In this document: piece after piece, positions 40,993-51,972 of the stretch
How positions within the stretch are numbered: the stretch's first letter is position 1
Layout: each line of letters starts with the position of its first letter
Assembly (NCBI GenBank): GCA_963791045.1
Contig: CAWBQK010000002.1
Span: forward strand, 1 to 64,000
Reading direction: 5' to 3'
Source of the DNA: Candidatus Latescibacterota bacterium
GTDB lineage: Bacteria; Krumholzibacteriota; Krumholzibacteriia; WVZY01
Length of the DNA: 64,000 nucleotides
Position numbers and translations under genes: made by a program
The notes under the pieces: model-generated
What the model was told of the DNA's origin: nothing
Seen by the model: the letters and a program-made list of their open reading frames with translations, nothing else
Databases searched by the model: none

Positions 40993-42765
40993 TTGACCTT
41001 TGATCAGATATTTTTGCTGAGCCTGCTCGGGGTCGTCCTCATTATGTTTGTTTGGGGACGGTGGCGCTATGACGTCGTTGCAATTGGTGCAATGCTCCTT
41101 GTCGCGGTCGTCGGCATCATTCCGGGCAAAGACGTTTTTCTTGGGTTCGGGCACCCGGCGACATTGACCGTGGCGATGGTGCTTATAATAAGCCGAGGCC
41201 TGTTGAATTCCGGTGTTGTTGACCTCATGGCCGAGCACGTGCTTCGGCCGCTCAAATCAACCACCGGGCAGATCGGTATTGTGTCGTTCGTGGCGGCGGG
41301 GCTTTCCGCCATTATGAACAATGTCGGTGCACTTGCGCTATTGATGCCGGCCGCCATCCGTTCCGCCACCAAAGCCGAGCGCCCACCGGCGGCCATCTTG
41401 ATGCCGCTGTCCTTCGCATCGATCCTTGGCGGGATGCTGACACTGATCGGAACACCACCAAACATTATCATCGCAGCCATTCGCGAGGAGACGTCAGGTT
41501 CGGCATTCAAAATGTTTGATTTCACACCGGTGGGCGGCGGCGTCGCGCTGGCCGGGGTCCTTTTTGTGTCGTTGGTGGGCTGGCGGTTGATTCCCAAGAA
41601 ACGTCGTGCACGGTTGTCGTCTGCAGAACTATTCAATATCAAAGACTACGTGACCGAAGCCATCGTCCTCGAGAAAAGTCCGCTCATCGGACGACGGCTT
41701 AGTGAGATTGACGACGAAGCGAACGAAAAGGAGTCAGACCTTCTCGGTGTCGTCAGAAACGACGTGCGCCTCGACATGCGGGCCGGGGGACGAACATGTC
41801 TGGTCGGCGACGTGCTGCTTCTCGAAGCGGCGCCGGAACCACTCGAAAGACTCCTCAAAGACTGGGGACTCGAGACCGTCTCGGCGGGCGACGGCGAAAA
41901 GCGACCGTCCAACTTGAGTCTCGCGGAAGTCGTGATCCCTCCGCGCAGCCGCCTGTTGGGGCGAAACGTCGCGTCGCTCGGGCTCCGCCGCCATTACGAT
42001 GTGAACCTCATCGCTGTGTCGCGCGCAAGCAAACCGTTTCGGGGGCGTCTGCGCTCGTTTCGTTTTGAAACGGGAGATGTCGTTCTTCTCGAAGGCGACG
42101 CGGACAACCTGCCCGAGGCTATCGCTGAGCTGGGCCTGCTGCCGCTTGCTGAACGTAATCTGCGTGTCGGCCGACCCAGGCGGGCGCTTCTTGCGAGCAC
42201 GCTGTTCGTGTTCGCGATCGCGCTCGCATCAATCGGTGTCCTCAGCCTTCCCGTCGCACTCGGCGGTGCGGCGCTCGCGATGATTCTTACCGGCCTGGTG
42301 CCGGTCCGTGAGATGTACGACCACATCGATTGGCCGGTGATCGTTCTTCTGGGCGCAATGATTCCCGTGGGACAAGCGCTCGCCGTCACCGGCACAACCG
42401 AGCTGATTGCCTCGAGCATCGTCACCCACTCGGCGGGGCTGCCGCCCGTGGCGCTGCTCACCATCATCCTCGTTCTTACCATGACCTTGTCCGACGTTAT
42501 AAACAATGCGGCGACCGCGGTGGTGATGGCACCGATCGCGCTCATGATCGCTCAACAACTCGGTGTCAATCCGGACACCTTTCTGATGGCCGTCGCGATT
42601 GGAGCGTCGAGCGCATTCTTGACGCCGATCGGACATCAGAACAACGCACTGATTCTCGGACCGGGCGGGTATCGTTTCGGCGACTATTGGCGGATGGGTC
42701 TCCCGCTCGAAATTCTGATCGTGCTCGTCGCGATACCGATGCTTCTTCTCGTCTGGCCTCTTTAA
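40993..42765 (+). CDS. SLC13-family permease with TrkA-C domains
   Basis: MNNVGA, LTLIGTPPN, INNAAT, LTPIGHQNN, GGYRFGDY. Confidence 0.9.
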   Translation: MTFDQIFLLSLLGVVLIMFVWGRWRYDVVAIGAMLLVAVVGIIPGKDVFLGFGHPATLTVAMVLIISRGLLNSGVVDLMAEHVLRPLKSTTGQIGIVSFVAAGLSAIMNNVGALALLMPAAIRSATKAERPPAAILMPLSFASILGGMLTLIGTPPNIIIAAIREETSGSAFKMFDFTPVGGGVALAGVLFVSLVGWRLIPKKRRARLSSAELFNIKDYVTEAIVLEKSPLIGRRLSEIDDEANEKESDLLGVVRNDVRLDMRAGGRTCLVGDVLLLEAAPEPLERLLKDWGLETVSAGDGEKRPSNLSLAEVVIPPRSRLLGRNVASLGLRRHYDVNLIAVSRASKPFRGRLRSFRFETGDVVLLEGDADNLPEAIAELGLLPLAERNLRVGRPRRALLASTLFVFAIALASIGVLSLPVALGGAALAMILTGLVPVREMYDHIDWPVIVLLGAMIPVGQALAVTGTTELIASSIVTHSAGLPPVALLTIILVLTMTLSDVINNAATAVVMAPIALMIAQQLGVNPDTFLMAVAIGASSAFLTPIGHQNNALILGPGGYRFGDYWRMGLPLEILIVLVAIPMLLLVWPL

Positions 42766-42888
42766 ACGCTCGCCAAACGCTCGCCTGGCTGGCGACTGGC
42801 TCCGTCAAAACCCCCTTTTCGCGGCATGCCGCGCGCGGTATACTCTTCGGATGATTTTCACCTGTAATCACCATTCGAGGAGATTTCC

Positions 42889-45006
42889 ATGAAACGACTT
42901 TTTGTGTGCCTGCTCGTTCTTCTCGTCGCCGTTCCCGCCGTAGCGCAGAAACGCGCGCTCGAAATCGAGGACCTCTACAAGCTCAAGGGTGTCGGGGATC
43001 CGCACTATTCCCCCGACGGCAAGCTCGTCGTGTTTTCGGCGACCGAGTATTTTCTCGAAGAGGGAAAGTCGAACTCGGACATTTATATAATGAAGGCCGA
43101 CGGGACCGACATGCGGCAGCTAACACACAACAAGGCGGCCGACTATCACCCGCGCTGGTCGCCCGACGGCGATTGGCTCATGTTTGTGTCCACGCGCGAG
43201 AACGGTTCGCAGATGTGGAAACTCCCCGTCCACGGTGGCGAGGCCGTCCAGGTTACTGATTTCTCCATGGGTGTGAGCGATCCGCGCTGGCTTCCCGACG
43301 GTAAGAGCATTGTTTTTTACGCGGAAGTCTTTCCCGAGTGCGGGGCGGACAGCGAGTGCAACAAGAAACTCGCCGACGACATGGACGGCGGTCCCGTCCA
43401 CGCGCATATCGCGGACGACCTCCTCTACCGGCATTGGACGCACTACAAGGACGGGAAGCGCTTTCATACATTCCTCTATAATATGGAGAGCGACGAGTAC
43501 ACCGACATTACGCCCGGTCACATGGATGCGCCGGCGTTCCTGACCGGTGGCGGGCATGCGGGTTTTGATGTGTCGCCCACGGGCACCGAGCTTTGCGTCG
43601 TCGCCAACGCCGATCCCAACGAATGGGAGACGACAAACAAGGACCTCTGGCTGGTCCCGCTCACGGGCGGCGAACTCAAGAACATCACCGACGACAACGA
43701 AGCGTACGACGCGGAGCCCCAGTACTCGCCGAACGGCCGCTACATCGCCTACGTCGCGCAGATGGCCCCCACGTTCGAAGCCGATCTCGTGCGGCTCATG
43801 ATTTACAACTGCGACTCCGGAGAGACGACCGATCTCACCGGGGACTTCGACTACTGGGTGGGTAGTTTCGAGTGGTCGCGGGATTCCAAAGAAATCTATT
43901 TCACCGCGCAGTACCAGGGCACCAATCCGCTTTACAAAGTCGAAATCAAAAACAAGAAGATCAAAGAGATCGTCAACTTCCGGACGATCGACTCATTCGA
44001 CGTATCCCCCGACGGCAAGCAGGTCGTTGTCTCGCGCCGCGCGATCAGCGAACCCGCCGAAATCTGGACATCGAAGATGAACGGCAAGAACATGGAACGG
44101 ATCACGTTCTTCAACAAGCCGGTCGAGGACGAAGTCGACATTCGCCCCGTGGAGGAAATGTGGATCGAGTCGCCGACGGGCAAGAAGATCCATACATGGG
44201 TCGTCAAACCGCACGGTTTCGATCCTTCGAAGAAGTATCCGTTGATCCTCAACGTCCACGGCGGCCCACAGGGGATGTGGTGGGACAGCTTCCGCGGCGA
44301 CTGGCAGGTCTACCCGGGCAAAGGGTATGTGGTGGCTTTCCCCAACCCGCATGGGTCGACTGGTTACGGGCAGGAATTCACCCACGCGATCTCGCGCGAC
44401 TGGGCGGGGAAGGTCTACCAGGACTGCATCGCCGTCGCCGACCACATGGCCGCGCAGCCGTGGGTCGATGAAGAGCGCATGGGCGCTATGGGCTGGTCGT
44501 ACGGTGGTTACATGATGATGTGGTTTGCCGGACACACCGACAAATTCAAGTGCCTTGTGTCAATGATGGGCGTATACAACCTTGCGTCGATGTGGGGCGC
44601 GACCGAAGAGCTGTGGTTTCCGCAGTACGATCTCGGCGGCGCGCCGTGGGAATCCGATGACTACGTCACGTTGTCTCCGCACAATTACGCGTCGGAGTTC
44701 AAGGCCCCGACACTCGTCATCACGGGTGAAAAAGATTACCGCGTGCCTTATACGGAAAGCCTTCAGTTCTACACGGCGCTTCGCAAGAACGGCGTGCAGT
44801 CACGGCTTATCGTTTTCGAGAACGACGGGCACTGGCCGAGCTGGGTCAAGTCGATGCCGCTCTATTACAACGCTCATCTCGAGTGGTTTCACGACTACCT
44901 CGGCGGCGAGCCCGCGCCGTGGGATTCGCGGGATATGGTGAACAACCGGGCGTACAAAGATAAAGACGCGGAGGATGACAAGGACGATGACGATGATGAC
45001 GATTAG
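42889..45006 (+). CDS. S9 family peptidase
   Basis: Signal peptide, PD40 repeats, VHGGP, GWSYGG, DYRVP, GHW. Confidence 0.93.
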   Translation: MKRLFVCLLVLLVAVPAVAQKRALEIEDLYKLKGVGDPHYSPDGKLVVFSATEYFLEEGKSNSDIYIMKADGTDMRQLTHNKAADYHPRWSPDGDWLMFVSTRENGSQMWKLPVHGGEAVQVTDFSMGVSDPRWLPDGKSIVFYAEVFPECGADSECNKKLADDMDGGPVHAHIADDLLYRHWTHYKDGKRFHTFLYNMESDEYTDITPGHMDAPAFLTGGGHAGFDVSPTGTELCVVANADPNEWETTNKDLWLVPLTGGELKNITDDNEAYDAEPQYSPNGRYIAYVAQMAPTFEADLVRLMIYNCDSGETTDLTGDFDYWVGSFEWSRDSKEIYFTAQYQGTNPLYKVEIKNKKIKEIVNFRTIDSFDVSPDGKQVVVSRRAISEPAEIWTSKMNGKNMERITFFNKPVEDEVDIRPVEEMWIESPTGKKIHTWVVKPHGFDPSKKYPLILNVHGGPQGMWWDSFRGDWQVYPGKGYVVAFPNPHGSTGYGQEFTHAISRDWAGKVYQDCIAVADHMAAQPWVDEERMGAMGWSYGGYMMMWFAGHTDKFKCLVSMMGVYNLASMWGATEELWFPQYDLGGAPWESDDYVTLSPHNYASEFKAPTLVITGEKDYRVPYTESLQFYTALRKNGVQSRLIVFENDGHWPSWVKSMPLYYNAHLEWFHDYLGGEPAPWDSRDMVNNRAYKDKDAEDDKDDDDDDD

Positions 45007-45040
45007 CGTCTGGATTCTTGGCTGACCTCAGCACAGATAC

Positions 45041-45071
45041 AAGGGGCCGTCTCACCGAGACGGCCTCTTTT
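45041..45071 (+). terminator. Intrinsic terminator
   Basis: AAGGGGCCGTCTC-ACC-GAGACGGCCTCTTTT between convergent genes. Confidence 0.8.
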
Positions 45072-45093
45072 GCATCAAGCGGCGAGTGTTGAA

Positions 45094-45606
45094 TCAACCC
45101 GTCGGGGGCGGTTGGACGGTCTCAAAATGCGACGTACACGCCGGGCAACGCACTGCTTTGAACGCGATCGTCGACAAACAGAACGGACACTTCTTCTCGG
45201 TCGGGTCGCCCACAACTGCTTTCTCCTGGCCAAACTCCTCTTCGAGTTTTGAATCGAGTTGGTTGATCATGCGAACGATGAGAAACATCGCAACGGCCAC
45301 AATAAGAAACGCGATGGTGTTGTCGATAAACACACCGTAGTTGACCGTCACCGCCCCGGCGGCCTGCGCGTCGGCGAGCGTCGCGTACGGCCCCGGCGTC
45401 GCCCCCCCTTTCAAGAGCCAGAAGAAGTTCGTAAAGTCCGCCTTGCCGAGAAGAAGCCCGATCGGCGGCATGATCATATCGCTCACCAGCGACTTGACGA
45501 TCGTCGTGAACGCCGCGCCGACGGTGAACCCGACGGCGAGATCGATCATATTGCCGCGAAGCGCGAATTTTTTGAATTCGCCAGCGATTTTCATAATCAC
45601 CTCCAT
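45094..45606 (-). CDS. mscL: Large-conductance mechanosensitive channel with C-terminal CxxC/CxxC
   Basis: EFKKFALRGNMIDLAVG; NYGVF. Confidence 0.93.
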   Translation of the reverse strand: MEVIMKIAGEFKKFALRGNMIDLAVGFTVGAAFTTIVKSLVSDMIMPPIGLLLGKADFTNFFWLLKGGATPGPYATLADAQAAGAVTVNYGVFIDNTIAFLIVAVAMFLIVRMINQLDSKLEEEFGQEKAVVGDPTEKKCPFCLSTIAFKAVRCPACTSHFETVQPPPTG

Positions 45607-45631
45607 GCACTCAGCCGGTACATATCACTGT

Positions 45632-47029
45632 TTACGATTTGAAATCAGAAATGTCGCCAGAGTCTACTTTCGTCCACCCGGGCGGATCGGCCGGCCGCGG
45701 CTTCTCGCCGTAGAAAAGATCGTCGAAGTATATCGCCATCCGGCGAAAGAGCGAGGAGTTCTTCACGCCGCGGCGCACGAGGTTGTGGAGCAAATTGTCG
45801 GGATGCGAGTACGGGCATACCTTTACGCACCGCGCGCAGTCGGTTCCTGCCGCGCTCCAATAAGTGTAACACGCTTCCTGGTCGATCTGCCAACGGAGCA
45901 CGCCATCGATTTCTACTCGTTTCTCGAATGAAATTGCGCGGCTCGGACACACATCCGCGCATTTGCGGCAGTGCGTACAAAAGTCGAGGGTTGTATAGTC
46001 GCGGCGGGGCTCGTCGATAACGAGCGGGAGGTCGGTCGTCACCACGGAGATACGCACCCGCGGACCCAGCTCGGGTGTCATAAGCAGTCCCATCCGTCCG
46101 ATTTCACCGAGCGCTGCGTCGCGTGCAACGAGCGGGCACACCACACGATAGTTGGCGTCGATGTGCGCCCGCGCCGGGTATCCGAGATTGCGGATGAAAA
46201 CAGCGATCTGTGTCGCGATCATACCCGACTCAAGATACTGCTGGGCCGATTCCATCAAGGTGGGACCGAGCGGCGCGGCATCGATCATCTCTTTGTTCAT
46301 CTCGACGGTAAACGCGATCGCGTATTTGTGATCGAGTGTCACCGTTTTGCCGAAGTCCGGGCCCCGCCCAATGACGGAGTACTTGTGATAATCCCTGAGT
46401 TCGGTCACGCCCACAGACACCGCGCCCGTCTGGAGCGCCCACTCTTTTATAAAGTGGGTGATGTCGGCGTCGTCGACATCGACGCGGTCACCCGATGGCT
46501 CCCCGTCGACAATCGAATGCAGGTTCTTAACGGTCGTGAAACTCGCGTGCGCCGCTTCGAAGGTCACGGGGTCGTAGTACCTGGACCCCTTTGCCATAAG
46601 ACCCGGCTTCGCGCGGAACTTGTCGTCGAGCGGTTTGAGACCCGGCTTCTCATTATAGTAGGTTTCAAATCGTTCGGTTCCGGGCTCGAGGAGCTTCCGC
46701 GAAAACATGACGTCGCGTTCGTCGATCCGCCCACGAGGGGTATCGTCACCCACCGCCGAAGCGGGCCGCCCGGTTGGAAAACTAAACGCCCCAATTTTGA
46801 GCCCGGCAAGAATGAGAAGCGCCACGCCGATCACATTCTTGTCCGGGATATCCAGGACGCCGATGAGGACAAAGGGGAGCGCCGCGGCGAGCGACATGAG
46901 AAGCGCCACGCCGGCCGCACGCTTTTCGTTTTCGCGAAGAGAGACCACCGCCATCCATATAAAGCCCGCATAGAGGAGGGCACCGACGGCAATAAGTACA
47001 GTGGAGATAGTATCGAGGCTTTGGATCAA
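45632..47029 (-). CDS. Reductive dehalogenase/QueG-like cobalamin, 2x[4Fe-4S] protein with N-terminal TM helices
   Basis: IDERD, FIRNLGYPA, LGEIGRMG, GPRVR..V.TDLP, CTHCRKCADVCP, CYTYW..DCARCVKVCP. Confidence 0.82.
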   Translation of the reverse strand: MIQSLDTISTVLIAVGALLYAGFIWMAVVSLRENEKRAAGVALLMSLAAALPFVLIGVLDIPDKNVIGVALLILAGLKIGAFSFPTGRPASAVGDDTPRGRIDERDVMFSRKLLEPGTERFETYYNEKPGLKPLDDKFRAKPGLMAKGSRYYDPVTFEAAHASFTTVKNLHSIVDGEPSGDRVDVDDADITHFIKEWALQTGAVSVGVTELRDYHKYSVIGRGPDFGKTVTLDHKYAIAFTVEMNKEMIDAAPLGPTLMESAQQYLESGMIATQIAVFIRNLGYPARAHIDANYRVVCPLVARDAALGEIGRMGLLMTPELGPRVRISVVTTDLPLVIDEPRRDYTTLDFCTHCRKCADVCPSRAISFEKRVEIDGVLRWQIDQEACYTYWSAAGTDCARCVKVCPYSHPDNLLHNLVRRGVKNSSLFRRMAIYFDDLFYGEKPRPADPPGWTKVDSGDISDFKS

Positions 47030-47241
47030 GAATCGCCGCCCAAGGATAAGCCCTTGTCAAATAGTCGGTTAGAACCAAAGGTCCCGTCCGAGCTCGCGGG
47101 CGCGGTCTTTGGTTCCCTTCCCGGACTTTAGCATCCCCGGGCACCGTTGCGCCAAGGATTTCCATGTGGGCGGTTTTGACCCCCACACCGAGGAGATGGT
47201 CGAACCAGCCTTTTCTTTTCGCGGGGCGCGGTATCGGAATC

Positions 47242-47694
47242 TCAAGCCGACGGGCCGCCGTGGAGCCCGCCCTTCACATGCGAAAAAATCATAACACCGA
47301 GCTGAATGAAGTAGGTCACGAGCGTGACGGCGCCAAATCTCCGCCCCATGAGAAACGAATAACCAACCATCGCCCAGACCCCGGCATAGAACACCGCGAT
47401 GTATGGCCACAAGAGGCCGGTTTCTCTGAACGGGATCTTGAAAATGTAATCGAGAAGAAGTTCGATGAGAAGATAAAGAGCAAGAACGAGCGGGAGGACG
47501 ACGGACCACCACTCGCGTCGCGCGACGGCGTTGGAAGCGGCCGCCGCACACACAGGCACAATCATTGCGACGATAATGAGCCCGAGCACATACTCGACAC
47601 GCTCGAGCCCACGCCAACGCACATAAAACAACACCGCGAGCAAAACGTTGATGAGATTCGCCGCGCCAAAAACAACAAGATCGGCGGTTTTCAA
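47242..47694 (-). CDS. Membrane protein of unknown function
   Basis: Hydrophobic ORF with about 5 TM segments, RBS GAGGGG. Confidence 0.65.
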   Translation of the reverse strand: MKTADLVVFGAANLINVLLAVLFYVRWRGLERVEYVLGLIIVAMIVPVCAAAASNAVARREWWSVVLPLVLALYLLIELLLDYIFKIPFRETGLLWPYIAVFYAGVWAMVGYSFLMGRRFGAVTLVTYFIQLGVMIFSHVKGGLHGGPSA

Positions 47695-47713
47695 TTTGTT
47701 ATCCCCTCAACGC

Positions 47714-48658
47714 TTATTTGTTCGCGGCGGCTTCTGGCGTGACACCCGCCGCATCGGATTGGATCCAGTAAATATCGGGAAACGGCCGATCCGTCGACCG
47801 GTCGCTCGTAAAGAACAACACCTTGTTGTCAGGCGAGAACACGGGGAAATTCTCTTCGCCCGGCGTATTTATCTCCGGCCCCATTTTCCGGGCCTCCGAC
47901 CACGCCCCGTTCTCGAACCTGCTGATATAGAGGTCGCCCCCGCCGGTTTCACCGGGACGATTGATCGCGTAAAAGACGAGCGTCTTGCCGTCTCTCGAGA
48001 TGGCCGGGTCGGCCTCGCTGCGGGCGGTGTTGATCCCGGTTCCGAGGTTCTCAGGCATCTGGAACTTTCCGTCTTTGAGTTCGCTCTTGTAGATGTCGTT
48101 CTCGCCATGGCCGCCGTACGCGTTTGATTGAAAGTAGAGCGTTCTGTCCGCCCCCACCGCGGGGCTCCGCTCGTCCATGCCCGAGTTGACCGGCGGGCCC
48201 AGGTTGGTCGGCTCCGACCACCCATCCTTCGTGCGTTCGACCTTCCATATATCGAAATCCTTCAAGAATCCGTCGGTCTCGAGCGGTCGATTAGAAACAA
48301 AATAGAGCGTGTTCCCATCCGGAGAAAACGCCGGTGAGCCGTCGACAAAGAAGCCCGTGAACGATGCCGGCTCTGGTTTGGACCATCCGTCTTTTGTGTA
48401 CGTCATATGCATGACTTTTGGAAGCTGGCTCCGCTCGACGAGCGTATAGAATAGTTCCCTCATGTCGGGCGAGAAAGCAGGTCCAAACTCGATCGCATCA
48501 CCCGATACGAGCCCCTGCGCGAACACAGATGGTGTGGCCCCGGGCACATCGCCGCCGGGGTAGGACGGCGGCTCCGAACTGCACTGAGTGAGCAGAACCG
48601 CGAACCCTAACGACAAGGCCACATTAGTCGCCTGCTTAAGTCTTGTTTGCACCATCAC
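47714..48658 (-). CDS. PD40/TolB-like beta-propeller lipoprotein
   Basis: LTQC lipobox; repeated PAFSPDG, NLGPPVN. Confidence 0.85.
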   Translation of the reverse strand: MMVQTRLKQATNVALSLGFAVLLTQCSSEPPSYPGGDVPGATPSVFAQGLVSGDAIEFGPAFSPDMRELFYTLVERSQLPKVMHMTYTKDGWSKPEPASFTGFFVDGSPAFSPDGNTLYFVSNRPLETDGFLKDFDIWKVERTKDGWSEPTNLGPPVNSGMDERSPAVGADRTLYFQSNAYGGHGENDIYKSELKDGKFQMPENLGTGINTARSEADPAISRDGKTLVFYAINRPGETGGGDLYISRFENGAWSEARKMGPEINTPGEENFPVFSPDNKVLFFTSDRSTDRPFPDIYWIQSDAAGVTPEAAANK

Positions 48659-48851
48659 GCTTGGGTTCTCCTTTTGGCTGGCGGAAGATAAAGTTCGTGT
48701 GATTATAGGCCAGATGAGAAAAGAGCGTCAACCGCCCCGGCGGGAGGAGTCGGCCGCAGATGGGATCAGGCCACGGAGATCGGTACAGACCGCGGGAGGG
48801 AGCGCAAGCCGCGGAGGCGTGGGAGATGGAGGGACATCGACGGCGACCGGA

Positions 48852-51800
48852 TTAATCGCCGCCGTTCATCACCTTGTCCGTGCGGCGGCGGATGCGAAGA
48901 AGCCTCAACAGCCACACAAAGAAGCGGCGAGTGAGGTCGAACGAGTCTTCCACGAGCGTCGTGGTCGTCGGCAGGAGAATCGCCGTCAAGAATGTCGAGG
49001 CAAACAGGCCGCCCATGATAACAAGCGCCATCGGGTAATAGTAGACACTCCCGATCGACGGTTTTTGAACGGCGATGGGAACGAGGCTGATCAGTGTAGT
49101 GATCGCCGTCATCAGAATCGGGCGAAGCCTCTCGCGCCCGCCGCGGATCATCGCTTCGTAACGATCCATTCCTTTGCGGCGGTAGCTATTGATATGTTCG
49201 ATCATTACAATACCGTTATTCACGACGATGCCTATCAGGAGCAGCAACCCCACGGCCGCGGTCGTGTCGAAATCCGTCCCCGTCAAAAACAAAATCCATA
49301 CTGCCCCGCACAACGCAAACGGCAGCGCGATCATGAGCCCGATCGCCTGGCGAACGGATTCAAAGAGCCCGGCCATCACGGCGAAGATCAACGTGAGGGC
49401 AAGCGCCAGATTCACAAGAAATTCCCGTGATTTCTCGGCGCGGTGCTGCTGCCACCGGCCAAACGTCCACCGGTACCCGTACGGCATTTCCATGCTGTTC
49501 ATCGCGGCAGTGATCATCGGCACATACTGCTCCCTCGACCCCTCCTCGTACCGCGCCCCGACCCACACACTCGTCATGCGATCGTCGCGCTGGATACGTT
49601 CAGCCCCGGGCACTTCCTTGAACTCGGCGAGCGAGGCGAGCGGAACCTTCTCTCCATCAGAAGTCCACAACGGGGAGATTGCTCAGCTGCGCCACCGACT
49701 CTGTTTCTTTCTCATCAAGCGTCATTCGCATCTCGCGCTCGCCGTCGGATGTGCGGAACCGCTGCAGTCTGCGGCCGCGGAAGGTGAGCCCCACAACCTC
49801 GGCGGGCTGCATAGGCGACACACCGTATCGTGACGCGAGATTCCGATCGAGCTCGACGTGAAGCTCCTGTCCACCCTGTTCGTTGCTCGACTGCGGATCG
49901 CCAAGACCGGGAATCCCCGCAAGAAGAAGCTTGGCGTCTTCGGCGAGACTGCGCGAGCACTTCGGAGTCTTCGCCGGCTATCTGGAACCAGACCTGTTTG
50001 CCGCCCTGGTGACGCCAGTGCTGCCTGTTCTCCTGCACTTCCAGTTTGACGCCGGCAATCTCGGGCAGGACCTCTTTGAGCCTGGTTCGAACCTTGGACA
50101 TATTTTCGGGTGTCGCGTCGCCCTCGTTGAGATAAATGCGCGTCAGCGACCACCGGTCGCTCCAGAAACTGTAGATCGACCGCGCCTTGAATTCCTCGCG
50201 GTACGGTTCGAGATGCGCTTCAACGCGGGTGACAAGCTTTTCCTTGTTTTCGAGGGTCATCTCTTCGCTGATGTCGTACCTCACCTGAACGAACATTTCG
50301 CTCTCGGTGGTGTCAAAATTCTTTTCCACCTTCATAAACGGGTAAATCGAGATGGCTACGAGCCCAAAACCGACAACCGGCGCCAGCCACCGGTGCCGGA
50401 GGTTGAACGAGAGAAGGCGAACGTATCCGTTTTCGATCGACGTGATCGTTCGGCCGCGCGGTTTCGGCTTCGACCGGATGAACCACGACGTGGCCATCGG
50501 TATAAGCGTCTGGCTAATAAATAGCGACGCGAGAAGCGTGAGACACACCGTGATGCCGAGCTCTTTCAAATAGATATTCATCTCGCTCGGCTTGTTAAAA
50601 ATAAGGGGAAGGAAGACGATCACCGATGTAAGCGTGGCGGCAATCACCGCGGTCGATACTTCACGCGCCCCGAGACGCGAGGCGGTGTGGCGGTCGTACC
50701 CCAGCTCGCGATGACGGAATATGTTCTCCATCACCACCACGGCGTTGTCGACAAGCATCCCAATTCCGACGATCAGCCCCAGAAGAGTCAGCGTGTTGAG
50801 CGTCTTACCCTGCAGCCAGATAATTCCGCAGGTTACTACGAGCGAGAAAGGGATACAAACCGATGCAATAATCGTGGTTCCGACACGGCGCAAAAACCCA
50901 AACAGGATTACTGCGGCGAGGAGCCCGCCGAAGATACCGGTGAACGTCAAATCCTTGAGCGCACCCTTGATTTCATCGCCCTGGCTGAACCACACCAGAA
51001 AATTGATCCCATCGAGTTCGGGATCATCACCCATTGCGTTGATCCGTTCTTCGATCGCGGCACAGACTTCAACGGTGTTGGCTTTTGCCTCCTGACTCAC
51101 CGTGATTCCGACGGCGAAGTCGCCATCGAGATGGCGGCCGTATTCGAGCGGGGGCTCTTCGTAAAGAACGTCTGCGATGTCCGAGAGCCGGAGCCCATCG
51201 GCACGGATGGGGAGATTCCTGATTTCTTCGACATCACTGAAACGCGCCGACCGTGCGGACGGCGAAACGCGACTCGCCCTCGGTGATCTTTCCGAGCGAC
51301 ATGTCGAAGTTGCTGTTTGCAAGTGTTTGCCGGAGCCCCCGGATGTCAACTCTGTGCGCTTCAATGTCGGCGATGCGGAGATTGACCGAACCTCGCGCGG
51401 ATTGACGCCGTCGAGCCGCACCTGCGCGACCCCGGGCGACTCGCTCTATCGGCTTTATAATTTTGCGCTCGAGCAGGTCGTAGCTTTCGCTCAGGTCGCG
51501 TTTGGACGAAATCCGCCCCTCGAGGATCGGCATATCGGCGTCGCGCGAATCCCAGTTGCTCGAAACGGTGATGTCGCCGACGTCATCGGGCAGGTCCCGG
51601 CGTATTCGGTCGATCTTCTCCCACACTTCGACGCGCGCGAGCGACATGTCAGTCGACCAGTCGAACTGGAGGCGGACCATACCGCCGTCGCGGTCGCAGT
51701 GCGCCCACATTTGCCGAAGCCCCTTAACCGAACCCAGAGCGTCTTCGACCGGGCGAACGATCATCCGTTCGATTTGTTCCGGCGATGCGCTCTCATACGG

Positions 51801-51947
51801 CAAACGGACAAAAATGTGGGGTTGTTCGAAATCGGGAAGAAATGCCAGCGGCAGACGGAAGAGCGCTACAAGCCCGAGCACGACGAGACTCACAATAATC
51901 ATCAGCGTCGTGACGTGTCGTTTGATGGCAAGTTCGGGCAGTGTCAT
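48852..51947 (-). CDS. RND efflux permease, frameshifted
   Basis: GMLVDNAVVV, GIVVNNGI, RLRPILMT across three ORF pieces. Confidence 0.9.
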
Positions 51948-51972
51948 GTTGCGTCTCCTCGGTATCCGGTCA

